From assembly GCA_021201815.1 (NCBI GenBank), contig JAJQEC010000056.1, forward strand, positions 5,926 to 69,925: 64,000 nt of DNA. Reading direction: 5' to 3'. Positions 1 to 10,218 of this stretch are shown one piece after another; positions within the stretch are counted from its first letter, which is position 1, and every line of letters begins with the position of its first letter. The notes beneath the pieces were generated by a model. That model did not search any database, had not been told where the DNA came from, and saw nothing but the letters and a program-made list of their open reading frames with translations. The position numbers were made by a program, and so were the translations under genes. This DNA comes from Candidatus Azobacteroides sp. Lineage in GTDB: Bacteria; Bacteroidota; Bacteroidia; Bacteroidales; WRGA01.

Positions 1-1599
1 CGAAGCTATTGTATTGATTCTCTTTACCGAAGGAAGGATATTTGCTTTTTTCCTTGCAGCACGTACTTTTAAGGACTCCTTTTCTAAGTTACCCTCTCCG
101 TCTTCTACAAAACGGGCAATCTGAAAATCAGAGAAGCCAAGTCGTTTTGCTTCCTGTAATACATCTGCCGGAAGTTCATCTATTTTATTGTATTGTTTTA
201 ATACCAGTGAATAATCATAAATATTTTTCAGTCTCTGTAAAAACCAGGGATCAATTTTGGTGAGTTCGAATATTCTCTCTATTGTATATCCCTCTTCAAA
301 GGCCTTCGCAATAGCGAACATACGTAAGTCGGTCGGATTAGAAAGCTCTTCATCCAAGTTTCCGAATTCCAATTCATGATTTCCGACAAATCCATGCATG
401 CCCTGTCCGATCATCCTTAATCCTTTTTGAATAATTTCTTCAAAGGACTTCCCAATAGACATGATTTCACCTACGGATTTCATGCTTGAACCGATTAATC
501 TTGAAACACCTACGAACTTAGTCAGGTCCCAACGGGGTATTTTACAGATTAAATAATCCAGGGTAGGAGCAAGGTAAGCAGAGTTTGGTGTTCCCATTTC
601 TCCGATTTGGTCAAGGGTGTATCCTAATGCCAGTTTTGCAGCAACAAATGCTAGTGGGTATCCGGTTGCTTTGGATGCAAGAGCGGAAGAACGGCTTAAG
701 CGAGCATTTACTTCAATTACCCGGTAATCATCAGTTTCAGAGTTAAAAGCATATTGAATATTGCATTCTCCGATAATACCGATATGGCGAATTGCTTTTT
801 TAGAGATCTCCTGTAACATGCTTACTTCTTTTTCTTCCAGAGAGCAGGTGGGAGCAACCACAATACTTTCTCCGGTATGGATGCCCAGAGGATCCACGTT
901 TTCCATGCTGGCTACCGTGAAACAGTGGTCATTTTTATCACGGATTACTTCAAATTCTATTTCTTTCCAACCTTTTAGAGATTCTTCAACAAGAATCTGT
1001 TTAGAATAGGCAAAAGAGCTCTCACAAAGTGTTTTAAATTCTTCCCGGTTATTACAGATTCCACTTCCTAGTCCACCAAGTGCATATGCAGATCTTACCA
1101 TAATCGGGAAACCGATTCTTTCAGCAGCAGCAATGGCATCTTCCATTGTTTCTACCGCTTCACTGACCGGAGTTTTGATATCGATTTCATCCAGTTTTTT
1201 TACAAACAGATCGCGGTCTTCTGTGGTCATAATAGCTTCTACAGAAGTTCCTAATACTTCTACTCCATATTTCCGGAGTGTACCATTCAGATACATTTCA
1301 GTACCACAGTTTAATCCTGTCTGGCCACCAAAAGCTAACAAGATACCATCCGGTTTTTCTTTTTTAATGACTTCTTCTATGAAATAAGGAGTAAGTGGGA
1401 GAAAGTAAACTTTGTCTGCAATACCTTCGGAAGTTTGAATAGTAGCAATATTCGGATTGATTAAAACGGTTGATATTCCTTCCTCTTTTAATGCTTTCAG
1501 CGCTTGGGAACCGGAATAATCGAATTCTCCTGCCTGTCCGATCTTTAAGGCGCCGGAACCTAATACGACAGCTTTCTTAATCTTAGTGTTAATGGCCAT
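1..1599 (-). CDS. carB: carbamoyl-phosphate synthase large subunit, N-terminal part (partial, continues past window start)
   Basis: Absent from the ORF track because it is open at the window edge. Reading the reverse complement from the ATG (complement of 1597-1599) gives MAINTKIKKAVVLGSGALKIGQAGEFDYSGSQA..., the canonical CPSase large-chain N-terminus and ATP-grasp. The plus-strand ORFs listed here (761-1009, 1133-1387) are antisense artefacts. Confidence 0.9.
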   Translation of the reverse strand, partial: MAINTKIKKAVVLGSGALKIGQAGEFDYSGSQALKALKEEGISTVLINPNIATIQTSEGIADKVYFLPLTPYFIEEVIKKEKPDGILLAFGGQTGLNCGTEMYLNGTLRKYGVEVLGTSVEAIMTTEDRDLFVKKLDEIDIKTPVSEAVETMEDAIAAAERIGFPIMVRSAYALGGLGSGICNNREEFKTLCESSFAYSKQILVEESLKGWKEIEFEVIRDKNDHCFTVASMENVDPLGIHTGESIVVAPTCSLEEKEVSMLQEISKKAIRHIGIIGECNIQYAFNSETDDYRVIEVNARLSRSSALASKATGYPLAFVAAKLALGYTLDQIGEMGTPNSAYLAPTLDYLICKIPRWDLTKFVGVSRLIGSSMKSVGEIMSIGKSFEEIIQKGLRMIGQGMHGFVGNHELEFGNLDEELSNPTDLRMFAIAKAFEEGYTIERIFELTKIDPWFLQRLKNIYDYSLVLKQYNKIDELPADVLQEAKRLGFSDFQIARFVEDGEGNLEKESLKVRAARKKANILPSVKRINTIAS

Positions 1600-2002
1600 A
1601 CATTTAGACTGTTATAATAAATTTTAGGATATATGTTTTCATAAATTTAATTTTTAATTATTGGTTTATGTCATAACTAAACCGAAAAGGAAGTACAATC
1701 TTAACAGATTTTCAGAGTATTATTCATTTCTCTTGAAGAGATTTCGTTTGTTCAAGGAAATGGTTATTTTTACTCTGAAGAGTATACGTAACTTGTTCCA
1801 CATAATTTTTAGGGCTCAAAATTAGTTGTTTTTTTACATATAATTATGGATTTATTTCAAAAACAGAGTATTTTTTCTTTTCTTTTTAATAAAAAGAAGC
1901 ATCCTTTGCCTTCGTAATTGATTTATTCCAGAATTTCCCGGATTCTGGATAATAAGCATTATTCTTGTCAGCTTTTATTTATGGTATGACGCATAAAGAT
2001 AT

Positions 2003-2263
2003 GTGAGGACATGTATCAATCTTACTTTTGCGGTGGATATTTCCATTATTTCTACAACCACACCGATTCTGACTACGATTTTGGCTGCTTTTTTTCTAAA
2101 AGGACTATTTAACAAGAAAATAGAAAGGTTATTATTAGGAACTGTAGGTATTTTACTACTTATGACGAGTAACACACAGGGTGTTGCTTTTTCATTCGGT
2201 AAATATAATAATGGGGAAATTTATTATATGCCTTTCCTCAAGCTTCTTATTGCATTTATTTGA
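2003..2263 (+). pseudogene. possible remnant of an EamA/DMT-family transporter
   Basis: The 86-aa ORF has only two or three TM-like helices (DISIISTTTPILTTILAAFFLKG..LLLGTVGILLLMTSN). These resemble the end of an EamA domain. There is no intact N-terminus, and the flanking frames are broken by stops. Confidence 0.3.
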
Positions 2264-2547
2264 CAGTATAACCGGGGATTAATTGGTCGTTACTCTTCGA
2301 TCAGCCTTATGGATGGATGTTTGTTTATGCAAGTTTCTGTTTTATTTCTTTTTCTTACAGAGATGTTTTATTAATTGAGTGTGCAATTATTCCGACTGAA
2401 ATATGGTTAAAAAGGGGCTGTCTTGTTACTCAGAGTAAATCAAGAGCTCAAATGGATGTAGGAGCAAAAGCAAAAAACAAGACCGGAATTTTTTTTCGTC
2501 GCATTACTCATTATTATCCTCACCGTATCAGGTTTTAGAGATAAGAT

Positions 2548-3327
2548 TTATTTCTGAAGAATATGTAGATATTCAAGGGCTTTGTATATTCCGTCCTTAT
2601 CCACCGTATCCGTTACATAATCCGCCACTTTTTTTACTTTCTCTTCCGCATTTCCCATCGCTATACCATATCCTACATGCTGAAGCATATCTATATCATT
2701 TCCTCCGTCTCCGAATGCAAGAGTTTCTTCAATAGATATTCCCAGATGATGAATTATTTTTTCAATTCCTACGGATTTACTTCCTCCTTTAGGAATGATA
2801 TCTGTAAAAAGTGAATTCCACCGGGTGCTCTCACATTCCGGTAAATGGCTCATAATTGTTTTTTCTTGCTCTGTATGAAAAAAAGCTATTATTTGAAACA
2901 CGGGCGAATCCAGGGCTTTTTCCAGTGATTGAATTGGAGGAGGTGGGAAATTTAACAACTCGAATATTTCATATACGGTTTCATTATAATAATTAATGAA
3001 AAGTTCGTTTTCCTGAACAAAGACAACCGGAAACGATTCAATAGTTTTTTGATAATGAATAAGAGTTTCTATTTCAGTAGTAGGAATTGTATTTCTGTAA
3101 ATTACCTTCTGACCAAGTAAACAGAACCCTCCGTTAATTGTCACATATCCATCAAACCGGAGCTTACCCAGATTGTTGATTGCTAACGGATGTCTACCGG
3201 TTGCAATAAAAGTTTTGATTCCCTGACGTCTTAGGTTATGTATAGCTTCTACAGAAGAAGTTGGAACTTTGTGTGTTTTAAAACTTACTAAAGTGCCGTC
3301 AATATCGAAAAATACTGCTTTAATCAT
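2548..3327 (-). CDS. Cof-type HAD-IIB family hydrolase (sugar phosphatase-like)
   Basis: HAD motif I FFDIDGTLV at the N-terminus and motif IV GDGGNDIDML near the C-terminus. Length is 259 aa. Confidence 0.85.
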   Translation of the reverse strand: MIKAVFFDIDGTLVSFKTHKVPTSSVEAIHNLRRQGIKTFIATGRHPLAINNLGKLRFDGYVTINGGFCLLGQKVIYRNTIPTTEIETLIHYQKTIESFPVVFVQENELFINYYNETVYEIFELLNFPPPPIQSLEKALDSPVFQIIAFFHTEQEKTIMSHLPECESTRWNSLFTDIIPKGGSKSVGIEKIIHHLGISIEETLAFGDGGNDIDMLQHVGYGIAMGNAEEKVKKVADYVTDTVDKDGIYKALEYLHILQK

Positions 3328-3949
3328 GAGACAAAGATAACCTTAAAAATAAAGTAAATCAAGAAAGGAGAAGGAGTTTAATTTTCTATTTTATTAAGAT
3401 TTAGAGCTAATAAGAAAAAGGTATTTTATTATGCAAAATTTTTTTACTCTTTACTTTTTACCTTTTATTAGAATTAAATTTATTATTCTGGAATAGTAAG
3501 ATACATGCATACTAATAACTTATACGTAATTTCCATTTTAAAGTAATTATTTATATTATCTGTTGCAAAAATCTAAAAAACAAATATATAATTAATAAAT
3601 ATTCTCTATATTTGTCCTCGTGGAATCAAAAGGAATTTTGATTTTGTTAATTAAATGTTGAAAATTTGTTTGTAACTTCTTTAACGTAAGGTAAATTTTT
3701 TCAAATTGTTGAAAACTTATTTAAAACTTTTTTGTTTAATGGAATAAAGAGTTTTAACTTTTTCTTGATAATCAACGAATTATCTATTATGAAAAGAATC
3801 TTCTTTTATAGCTTAATACCTTATGTTACAGTACGATTACAAATTTCAAATCTTAGATTTATAAATATAAAGTTTTCTTGTTAATAATACTGTTGAAAAA
3901 TGACTGATAAAAGGTATATTTATTAAAATTTTTACTAATTAATAAGTGG

Positions 3950-3957
3950 TACTTTTG
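3950..3957 (+). promoter_or_regulatory. candidate Bacteroidetes -7 promoter element (TACTTTTG = TAnnTTTG)
   Basis: Exact TAnnTTTG match 22 bp upstream of the ATG at 3979. Confidence 0.4.
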
Positions 3958-3978
3958 TAAAGTTTAAAAAATTCAAAA

Positions 3979-5082
3979 ATGACCTTTATGAGGCAATTGA
4001 TTTTACATACAGAGTATTTATTAAGTATACATCCTTGTGTAATCATTCCCGGATTAGGTGGTTTCTTAAGCCATATTTCCCCAGCGCGTTTTGAAGAAAG
4101 TGTTTCTACGTGGTATCCTCCACAAAAACAACTTAGTTTCAATTCCAGCTTGTTTCACAATGATGGGTTATTGCTTGATTCTTATTCTCAGACCTATTCG
4201 GTTTCTTATTCGGAAGCTTTTGTCATGGTAGAAAAAGCTGTACTAGAACTGAAGAGGGAATTGAAGAAAAGCAAAGAAGTAGAATTCGGAAGAATCGGCA
4301 ATTTCCGATATGACGAGAATGGTGCTTTATTGTTTTCTCCGGCTGAATCATTACAACCTTTTTCGTCTTCTACTTATGGAATGCAACCGGTTAAGTTACC
4401 ATTACTGGAAGATCTGAAAAAATCTCTTATTACTTATAATGAAGAGGAATTGCCAGGAGCTTCCCCGAATGTGATAGAACATCCTGCAAAGAGAAAGGAT
4501 ACAATCTATATTCCTTTAAAGAAACGTTTTCTTTACAGGACAGTTGGGGTAATAGCTATTGTCACCTTATTTATGTTATTTTCTACTCCAATCTATGTGG
4601 ATAATACACATGCCACTAACTATGCCAAAGTATTGACTCCCCTTATTACCGGTATTGAAGGGAATCAGGATCCAAGTATGTGGGATATGAATGCGACGGA
4701 TCTTTCAGAAGCTGCTTTGGCTGTTGCAGAGCCGGTCATAGAAGAATCTATATCTGTTTCTGTGGTAGAAGAAACATCGGTAAAAGAAATTATTCCCGAA
4801 ACAGTACCCGAGAATAAGATTATAGAACAACCGGTAATCGCTACTAAAGATAATTTTTATATTATTATCGGAAGTTTTCCTAATAATAAAGATGCGCAGA
4901 AATATGTAGCGATTGCTAAAGCAAATGGATTGAGTAATGCAGGTGTAGTAGTAAAAGATAACCGGTATAGAGTATATGCGGAAGTTTTTGATAATAGGGC
5001 AGAGGCCAATCAATATATGAATAATTTTAAAGTTTCCTATCAAAACACTCATCCGAATGCTTGGCTATACAAAGAAAAATAA
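3979..5082 (+). CDS. SPOR domain protein with N-terminal HU-fold (HU-CCDC81-like) domain and a central TM segment
   Basis: The N-terminus LILHTEYLLSIHPCVIIPGLGGFLS is the HU-CCDC81 bacterial type. A TM helix follows (VGVIAIVTLFMLF). The C-terminal SPOR-like repeat is FYIIIGSFPNNKDAQKYVAIAKANGLSNAGVVVKDNRYRVYAEVFDNRAEA. Confidence 0.8.
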   Translation: MTFMRQLILHTEYLLSIHPCVIIPGLGGFLSHISPARFEESVSTWYPPQKQLSFNSSLFHNDGLLLDSYSQTYSVSYSEAFVMVEKAVLELKRELKKSKEVEFGRIGNFRYDENGALLFSPAESLQPFSSSTYGMQPVKLPLLEDLKKSLITYNEEELPGASPNVIEHPAKRKDTIYIPLKKRFLYRTVGVIAIVTLFMLFSTPIYVDNTHATNYAKVLTPLITGIEGNQDPSMWDMNATDLSEAALAVAEPVIEESISVSVVEETSVKEIIPETVPENKIIEQPVIATKDNFYIIIGSFPNNKDAQKYVAIAKANGLSNAGVVVKDNRYRVYAEVFDNRAEANQYMNNFKVSYQNTHPNAWLYKEK

Positions 5083-5110
5083 TATAAAAACTTTTTATTT
5101 ATCCAATTAG

Positions 5111-5142
5111 AAAAGAAGACTTATACTAGTCTTCTTTTTTGT
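5111..5142 (+). terminator. rho-independent terminator
   Basis: Perfect 11-bp stem aaaagaagact (5111-5121) / agtcttctttt (5128-5138) with a 6-nt loop, running into a T tract. Confidence 0.7.
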
Positions 5143-5349
5143 TTAAATACTTGACAGAAAGTAGATATGTATTGCAAGCATTAGTATATGGATGGATAAT
5201 AAAAGAAATACAAGACTATTTATAAATATATTGACTTAATGTGGTTTCTTTAAAATAAGTAATAAGGAGTTAATACGAAAAGAGGATGGTCCGGTTAAGA
5301 TTACAATTTACTTTTTTATACTTTCAGTGGTAAAAGAGGAAGATGGATT

Positions 5350-6132
5350 TTATATACTATATTCCAGTGTACCATTTTCATTGAAGTACAATAAACAATT
5401 CGGGAAAATATTTTTCAGGATATCTTTGGTAATTATTTCTTCCGGAGTTTTGTCGTATAAACCCAGGGTATTATCCATTAACCATATCCGATTACAAATT
5501 TTTAACGCGAGATCAAGTTCATGGGTGGAAAGAATAACAGATTTACCTGTTTTCTCACTAATTCTTCTTAAAAGAGAAAGTATTTCTATTCGGTTATTCA
5601 GATCCAGGTGAGCTGTAGGTTCATCTAAAAAAATAAAAGGTGTATCCTGAACAAGAGCTTTTGCTATCATTACCCGTTGTTTTTCTCCGTCTGAAAGTTT
5701 CATAAGTGAACGATCTTCATATCCTTCCAGTCCTATTAGTGATATGGCTTCCTCAATTTTTTCTTTATCTTTTTCTGATAAATTTCCAAGCCAGTTTGTG
5801 TAAGGAAAACGCCCCATAGAGATTAAATCCCGGACAGAAAGCCCGTTTGCCTGTATAGCATCTGTCAAGACAAAACTAATAAGTTTCGCTTTTTCTTGGT
5901 TGGAAGCTTTTTGAATGTCTTGTTTTCCTATCCTGATATTTCCCTCTAAAGGAAGAATCAGTCCTCCCAGTGTTTTCAGCAAAGTGGATTTGCCACAGCC
6001 ATTCGGACCGATAATAGCAATGAGATCTTTTGGATAAACGGATAAGTTCAGATTTTTCCTGATATATTTTCTTTGTTTGTTATGAGTATATCCAATAGAT
6101 AGTTCTGTTGTATATAGGGCTGCGTCTGACAT
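5350..6132 (-). CDS. ABC transporter ATP-binding protein (FecE/BtuD-like iron-chelate/cobalamin type)
   Basis: Walker A GPNGCGKST, signature LSDGEKQR and Walker B FIFLDEPTAHLD. I place the start at the internal MSDAALY (complement of 6130-6132) because the longer ORF would overlap rimM. Confidence 0.85.
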   Translation of the reverse strand: MSDAALYTTELSIGYTHNKQRKYIRKNLNLSVYPKDLIAIIGPNGCGKSTLLKTLGGLILPLEGNIRIGKQDIQKASNQEKAKLISFVLTDAIQANGLSVRDLISMGRFPYTNWLGNLSEKDKEKIEEAISLIGLEGYEDRSLMKLSDGEKQRVMIAKALVQDTPFIFLDEPTAHLDLNNRIEILSLLRRISEKTGKSVILSTHELDLALKICNRIWLMDNTLGLYDKTPEEIITKDILKNIFPNCLLYFNENGTLEYSI

Positions 6133-6142
6133 ATGTATATAT

Positions 6143-6673
6143 TTAAATATCCAGTAAGCCTTCAGGTATCTGAATGAAGAGTTCTTTCTTTTCTTCATTA
6201 ATTTTCAGAATAAGATCTATGTTGGCCGGAATTAGATAAGCAATGTGATCGTCTTTTCTAACTTCAAAGAGAATATTGGATGTACTATCTTCAATTCCCG
6301 TGATTTCACCTAATATACCAGCATTCTTATCTTTTATAATATATCCGGTAAAATTATGCCAGGAAGAACTTATTGTTTCCATATAATCGGATTCGGGAAT
6401 CAATTTCTTTGTTAAATAAACCTTTGTCCCGCTTAATAACCGGGCTTGCAGATCTGATCCGATATCCTGAAGAAGTATGAGGTAAGTAGTCTGGGATTTC
6501 GGACGGATATGTTCGATAAAAAAAGGAATAAAAATACCATCTATATTACATACTAAATACGGAATTTCTGAAAAATCAAGATGCAGATTTTCCGGTTGAA
6601 AAACCAGTTCTCCTTTTACACCGTGCGTTTTAAGCAGATTTCCTGCAATAATAAGTTCTTTTTCTGTTATCAT
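6143..6673 (-). CDS. rimM: 16S rRNA processing protein RimM
   Basis: N-terminus LIIAGNLLKTHGVKGELVF followed by a PRC-barrel-like C-terminus. Length is 176 aa. Confidence 0.85.
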   Translation of the reverse strand: MITEKELIIAGNLLKTHGVKGELVFQPENLHLDFSEIPYLVCNIDGIFIPFFIEHIRPKSQTTYLILLQDIGSDLQARLLSGTKVYLTKKLIPESDYMETISSSWHNFTGYIIKDKNAGILGEITGIEDSTSNILFEVRKDDHIAYLIPANIDLILKINEEKKELFIQIPEGLLDI

Positions 6674-6703
6674 ATATTTCTGTTTCCGGTTTATTAATAA
6701 CGT

Positions 6704-8413
6704 TTACCAGATAAAAGTGGTTTTGTATTCTGCTTCATTTCCGCAATTATCAGTCACAATCAAGTGAAAAGAATGCTTTTGACCTTTTTGGATTCGTTTG
6801 TTATTCAGACGGGTAGAAAGTAAACTGTTTTTTGCATCATATTCCAGTAAATAAAATTTTCCGTCTATTTCTGCCCAATAATCTTTAATGCCACTATCCT
6901 TGTCTGATATCTTACAACTAATTTTTCCGCTTGTTCCCCATTGCTCAGGTTTAAGAGGGTTAATAACCGGAGGAACAAAATCGGATGCAACAGTATAATC
7001 TCCGAAATCGCGGATCTTTGTTTCAAACCACCCGTTTTTATATTCACTTTTGCAATATATTTTCCGGTTATTACTGGTTATTCTGGCAATGAAGTATTTT
7101 GAAATATCTTTCATTGATTTTTCTTCCACTCGTATTTTTAATGGGCAATAGTCGTGTAAAGGATCTTCGTTATAATCGTGTAGGGTGTAAACAGGTGAAA
7201 GAAATTCCATGTTGTTTTTTATTCCATATTTAAAATCTATGTCCGTATACAAATTTCCTTTTGGGATATATAATTCCACATTATCCAGTACATATTTGTT
7301 GTTTTTATCGTAGCTCATTTTCATAGTATTTGGTTTTTCAGGATAATAAATATCTGATTTTTGTCCCTTTACTATAAAACTAAATTTTGTTTCATTTCCA
7401 AAATAATCAGATAGAATGTAAGTCAACTTATAATCTCTTTCTTCATCAATATTAATAATTCCGTTGTTTATAGGATTTCTGTAAATTCGTAACTTATTTC
7501 CCGGATCAATAAAAGATTTCATAAAAAATTCACTTTTTCTTCTCCAGCTACTATAATCAATAAAACTATTTAGATAGCGGGTTTCATCAAAAGAAAATCT
7601 ATCCATTTTACTTTCAAATACGTTTTCTTCGTCCACTAATAATTTTATAATATAGGGACCAAAGATATTTGTTACCTGATCCATGTAATCATAAGCCTTT
7701 ACTGCAATACCTATTTTCCCCCAGGCAATGATTTCTTTATCAATTGTTTTTCCACTATTTTTCTTATTTGTTACCAGCGGAAAAGTTTTTTTTGTTATAG
7801 AACCATTTACAATCCCTTCTTCATTAATAGGTACAACCATTATTTCCCGGATTTGGGGAGAACGATTATCAGCTAGGTAAGTTTCCAGAAAAGGAATAGG
7901 ATTAATAGGCTCTTCTGTTTTTGTATCCCGTATTTCAAAATGTAGATGCGGTCCTCCGGAACTACCGCTATTGCCACCATTACCAATATATTGACCTTTC
8001 TTTATCGGAATTTCATTTTCTTTCAGATAAAGGTCAGCCCGGAATGTCTCGTTGCTATATTGATAGTCTTCTACATATTTTGCAGCCTCATCGAAAAATT
8101 TGTCCATGTGTCCGTAAACTGTGGTATAGCCGGTTTCAGGATGTATAATATAAAGGGCGTTCCCATATCCACTGGGAGAAACGAATATTCGACTTATATA
8201 TCCGTCATCAAAACTATAAAGAGGCAATCCTATTTTTCCCTGGATTTTAATATCTATTCCGGAATGAAAATGATTGTTTCTTAATTCTCCGAAGTTCCCA
8301 CTTAGCAGCATGGGAATTTTTACCGGAGAGGTATCGATTTGTTGTGCATGTAAGGATGAGAAAACAACAAAAAATAAAAGAAAAAGAATATTGTTTTTTT
8401 TAATGTAATTCAT
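6704..8413 (-). CDS. M23 family metallopeptidase with signal peptide
   Basis: Signal peptide ILFLLFFVVFSSLHAQQ. M23 motifs HFHSGIDI and GGPHLHFEIRD. Long C-terminal beta-rich region. Confidence 0.85.
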   Translation of the reverse strand: MNYIKKNNILFLLFFVVFSSLHAQQIDTSPVKIPMLLSGNFGELRNNHFHSGIDIKIQGKIGLPLYSFDDGYISRIFVSPSGYGNALYIIHPETGYTTVYGHMDKFFDEAAKYVEDYQYSNETFRADLYLKENEIPIKKGQYIGNGGNSGSSGGPHLHFEIRDTKTEEPINPIPFLETYLADNRSPQIREIMVVPINEEGIVNGSITKKTFPLVTNKKNSGKTIDKEIIAWGKIGIAVKAYDYMDQVTNIFGPYIIKLLVDEENVFESKMDRFSFDETRYLNSFIDYSSWRRKSEFFMKSFIDPGNKLRIYRNPINNGIINIDEERDYKLTYILSDYFGNETKFSFIVKGQKSDIYYPEKPNTMKMSYDKNNKYVLDNVELYIPKGNLYTDIDFKYGIKNNMEFLSPVYTLHDYNEDPLHDYCPLKIRVEEKSMKDISKYFIARITSNNRKIYCKSEYKNGWFETKIRDFGDYTVASDFVPPVINPLKPEQWGTSGKISCKISDKDSGIKDYWAEIDGKFYLLEYDAKNSLLSTRLNNKRIQKGQKHSFHLIVTDNCGNEAEYKTTFIW

Positions 8414-8562
8414 ATTAAAAATTTATCAATAAAGAGAATAAGGTCTCTCAAGAAAGTTTATTCGCAAAGTTATTTCCTGGTTTAATTTATGGATTTCTCA
8501 AAATTACAGTTTTGCAATGGAATATGAAATTTTTTTACTGTTTTTAAGATATATTTATTGGA

Positions 8563-10002
8563 TTATATTTTCTTCATTCTTGAAAAAGTTTTTTCTATTT
8601 GTTGCTCCCGGTGTATTAGTCTTACTTCCACGTTAAATTTCTGATGAATATACTCTGCTAATTTTTGAGCAGAATAAACAGAGCGATGCTGACCTCCCGT
8701 GCAACCAAAACTAACCATTAAATGAGTAAAATCTCGTTCTATATATTTCCTGACAGAAGCTTCTATTAAGGAGACTGCATTTTGTAAAAAATCAGTCATT
8801 TCTTTTTCTTGAGAGAGAAATTGTTTGACAGGTTCATCAAGCCCTGTAAGTTGTTTATATTCTTCATATCGACCCGGATTGTGAATTGCTCTGCAATCAA
8901 AAATAAAACCACCTCCATTATCAGAAGGATCCTGTGGAATGCCCTTTTTGTATGAAAAACTATAAACAGTTACCACTAAAGGCAGATTTTCTGGAAAGCA
9001 GATTTTCTGTTCAGTAGAAATAAATTTATATAAAATCTCAGACAAGTAAGGATATTCCGGAAACCCTCCTTTAAGTAAAGAGGAAATATTCTTCACAGCA
9101 AAGGGAATGCTTTGAAGAAAATGTTCTTTCTTTTCAAAATATCCTCTGAAGCTATATGCTCCCAATACCTGTAAAGTCCTGAATAATACGAAATGAGGAA
9201 GAATAGTATAAAAGGAAGAAATATCTACAGAAGTTATTTTTTTCAGTTCATCCAGATAAAAATCAATTAATTTATTCCGTTCTTCTTCGGAAAAATCGGC
9301 TTTTGCCTGCCAAACGAAAGAAGCCAGATCATAATATATTGGTCCTCTTCTTCCTCCCTGAAAATCAATAAAGGATACGTTATGATCCTTTATCATTATA
9401 TTTCTTGACTGAAAATCACGATACATAAAGGTATTTGTATCGGATTGCAAAAGTATTTTTGTCAAACGTTCAAAATCATTTTCAAGCTTCGGTTCGGAAA
9501 AATCGATTCCGGAAAGCTTAAGAAAGCAATATTTGAAATAATTAAGGTCCCAACTAATACTTTTTGCATCGAAATTTTCTACCGGATAGCAAACTGAAAA
9601 ATCTAATTCTTGTGCTCCTTTAAACTGCAGGTAAGGAAGAAGACGGATGGTTTTAAATAATAATTCTTTTTCAGGAAAAGCAAAGGAAAGTTTTTTATCA
9701 CGTTTTTCTATAAGGTCAAATAAGGAAACATTTCCTACATCTTCCTGTAAATAATATTGCATATCATCTGATACAATATAAACTTCCGGTACGGGTAGTC
9801 CTTTTTTCTTAAAATGTTTAGCTAATGTGATGAAAGCATTGTTTTCTTCCGGAGATTCACCTTTTACACCAATACATGTATTTTTTTTTCCATACATCCG
9901 GAAATATTGTCGGTTAGATCCAGATCCCGTAATTTTTTCTGTCTTTTGAACTATTTCTCCTGTATGTAACAAAAATAAGTTATTAAGTTTTTCTATTGCC
10001 AT
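8563..10002 (-). CDS. fusion protein: APH/choline-kinase-like phosphotransferase domain + RapZ C-terminal-like domain
   Basis: Residues 1 to about 330 carry the kinase-like catalytic loop YRDFQSRNIMI and IDFQG. Residues about 340-465 (nt about 8563-8985) match the RapZ C-terminal pattern: VYSFSYKKGIP...FDCRAIHNPGRYEEYKQLTGLDEPVKQFL...VSFGCTGGQHRSVYSAQKLAEYI. Confidence 0.75.
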   Translation of the reverse strand: MAIEKLNNLFLLHTGEIVQKTEKITGSGSNRQYFRMYGKKNTCIGVKGESPEENNAFITLAKHFKKKGLPVPEVYIVSDDMQYYLQEDVGNVSLFDLIEKRDKKLSFAFPEKELLFKTIRLLPYLQFKGAQELDFSVCYPVENFDAKSISWDLNYFKYCFLKLSGIDFSEPKLENDFERLTKILLQSDTNTFMYRDFQSRNIMIKDHNVSFIDFQGGRRGPIYYDLASFVWQAKADFSEEERNKLIDFYLDELKKITSVDISSFYTILPHFVLFRTLQVLGAYSFRGYFEKKEHFLQSIPFAVKNISSLLKGGFPEYPYLSEILYKFISTEQKICFPENLPLVVTVYSFSYKKGIPQDPSDNGGGFIFDCRAIHNPGRYEEYKQLTGLDEPVKQFLSQEKEMTDFLQNAVSLIEASVRKYIERDFTHLMVSFGCTGGQHRSVYSAQKLAEYIHQKFNVEVRLIHREQQIEKTFSRMKKI

Positions 10003-10183
10003 TCTTTTCTCAGTAAGTCAATTTTATTTTAAGAATACAAAAATAGGATATTAATTGGAAAGAAGTTTTTAAATAAGACAAAATGAAGCAGATAAATAAC
10101 CAGGTTTTCCGGAAACAAAATATTTTCATTATTGTTTAAGATATTTAAAGATACATTTATTAAAATGCTGTAATCATTTTTTG

Positions 10184-10191
10184 TATTTTTG
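10184..10191 (+). promoter_or_regulatory. candidate -7 promoter element (TATTTTTG)
   Basis: TAnnTTTG match 28 bp upstream of the dcp ATG. Confidence 0.35.
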
Positions 10192-10218
10192 CGTACAGCA
10201 TAAAATAAAAATGAACAG

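Noticed and set aside
1927-1949. 8-bp hairpin TCCAGAAT / ATTCTGGA upstream of carB as a possible attenuator
   Set aside because: There is no adjacent T tract on either strand, no leader peptide and no known pyrimidine-attenuation motif, so the support is insufficient.
2317-2538. 73-aa ORF after the EamA-like remnant
   Set aside because: No recognisable motif, and it is probably random or further decayed transporter sequence. I did not call it separately.
6133-6198. 22-codon upstream extension of the ABC ATPase ORF
   Set aside because: It would overlap the rimM 3' end by 56 nt. The internal start MSDAALY gives the normal distance to Walker A.
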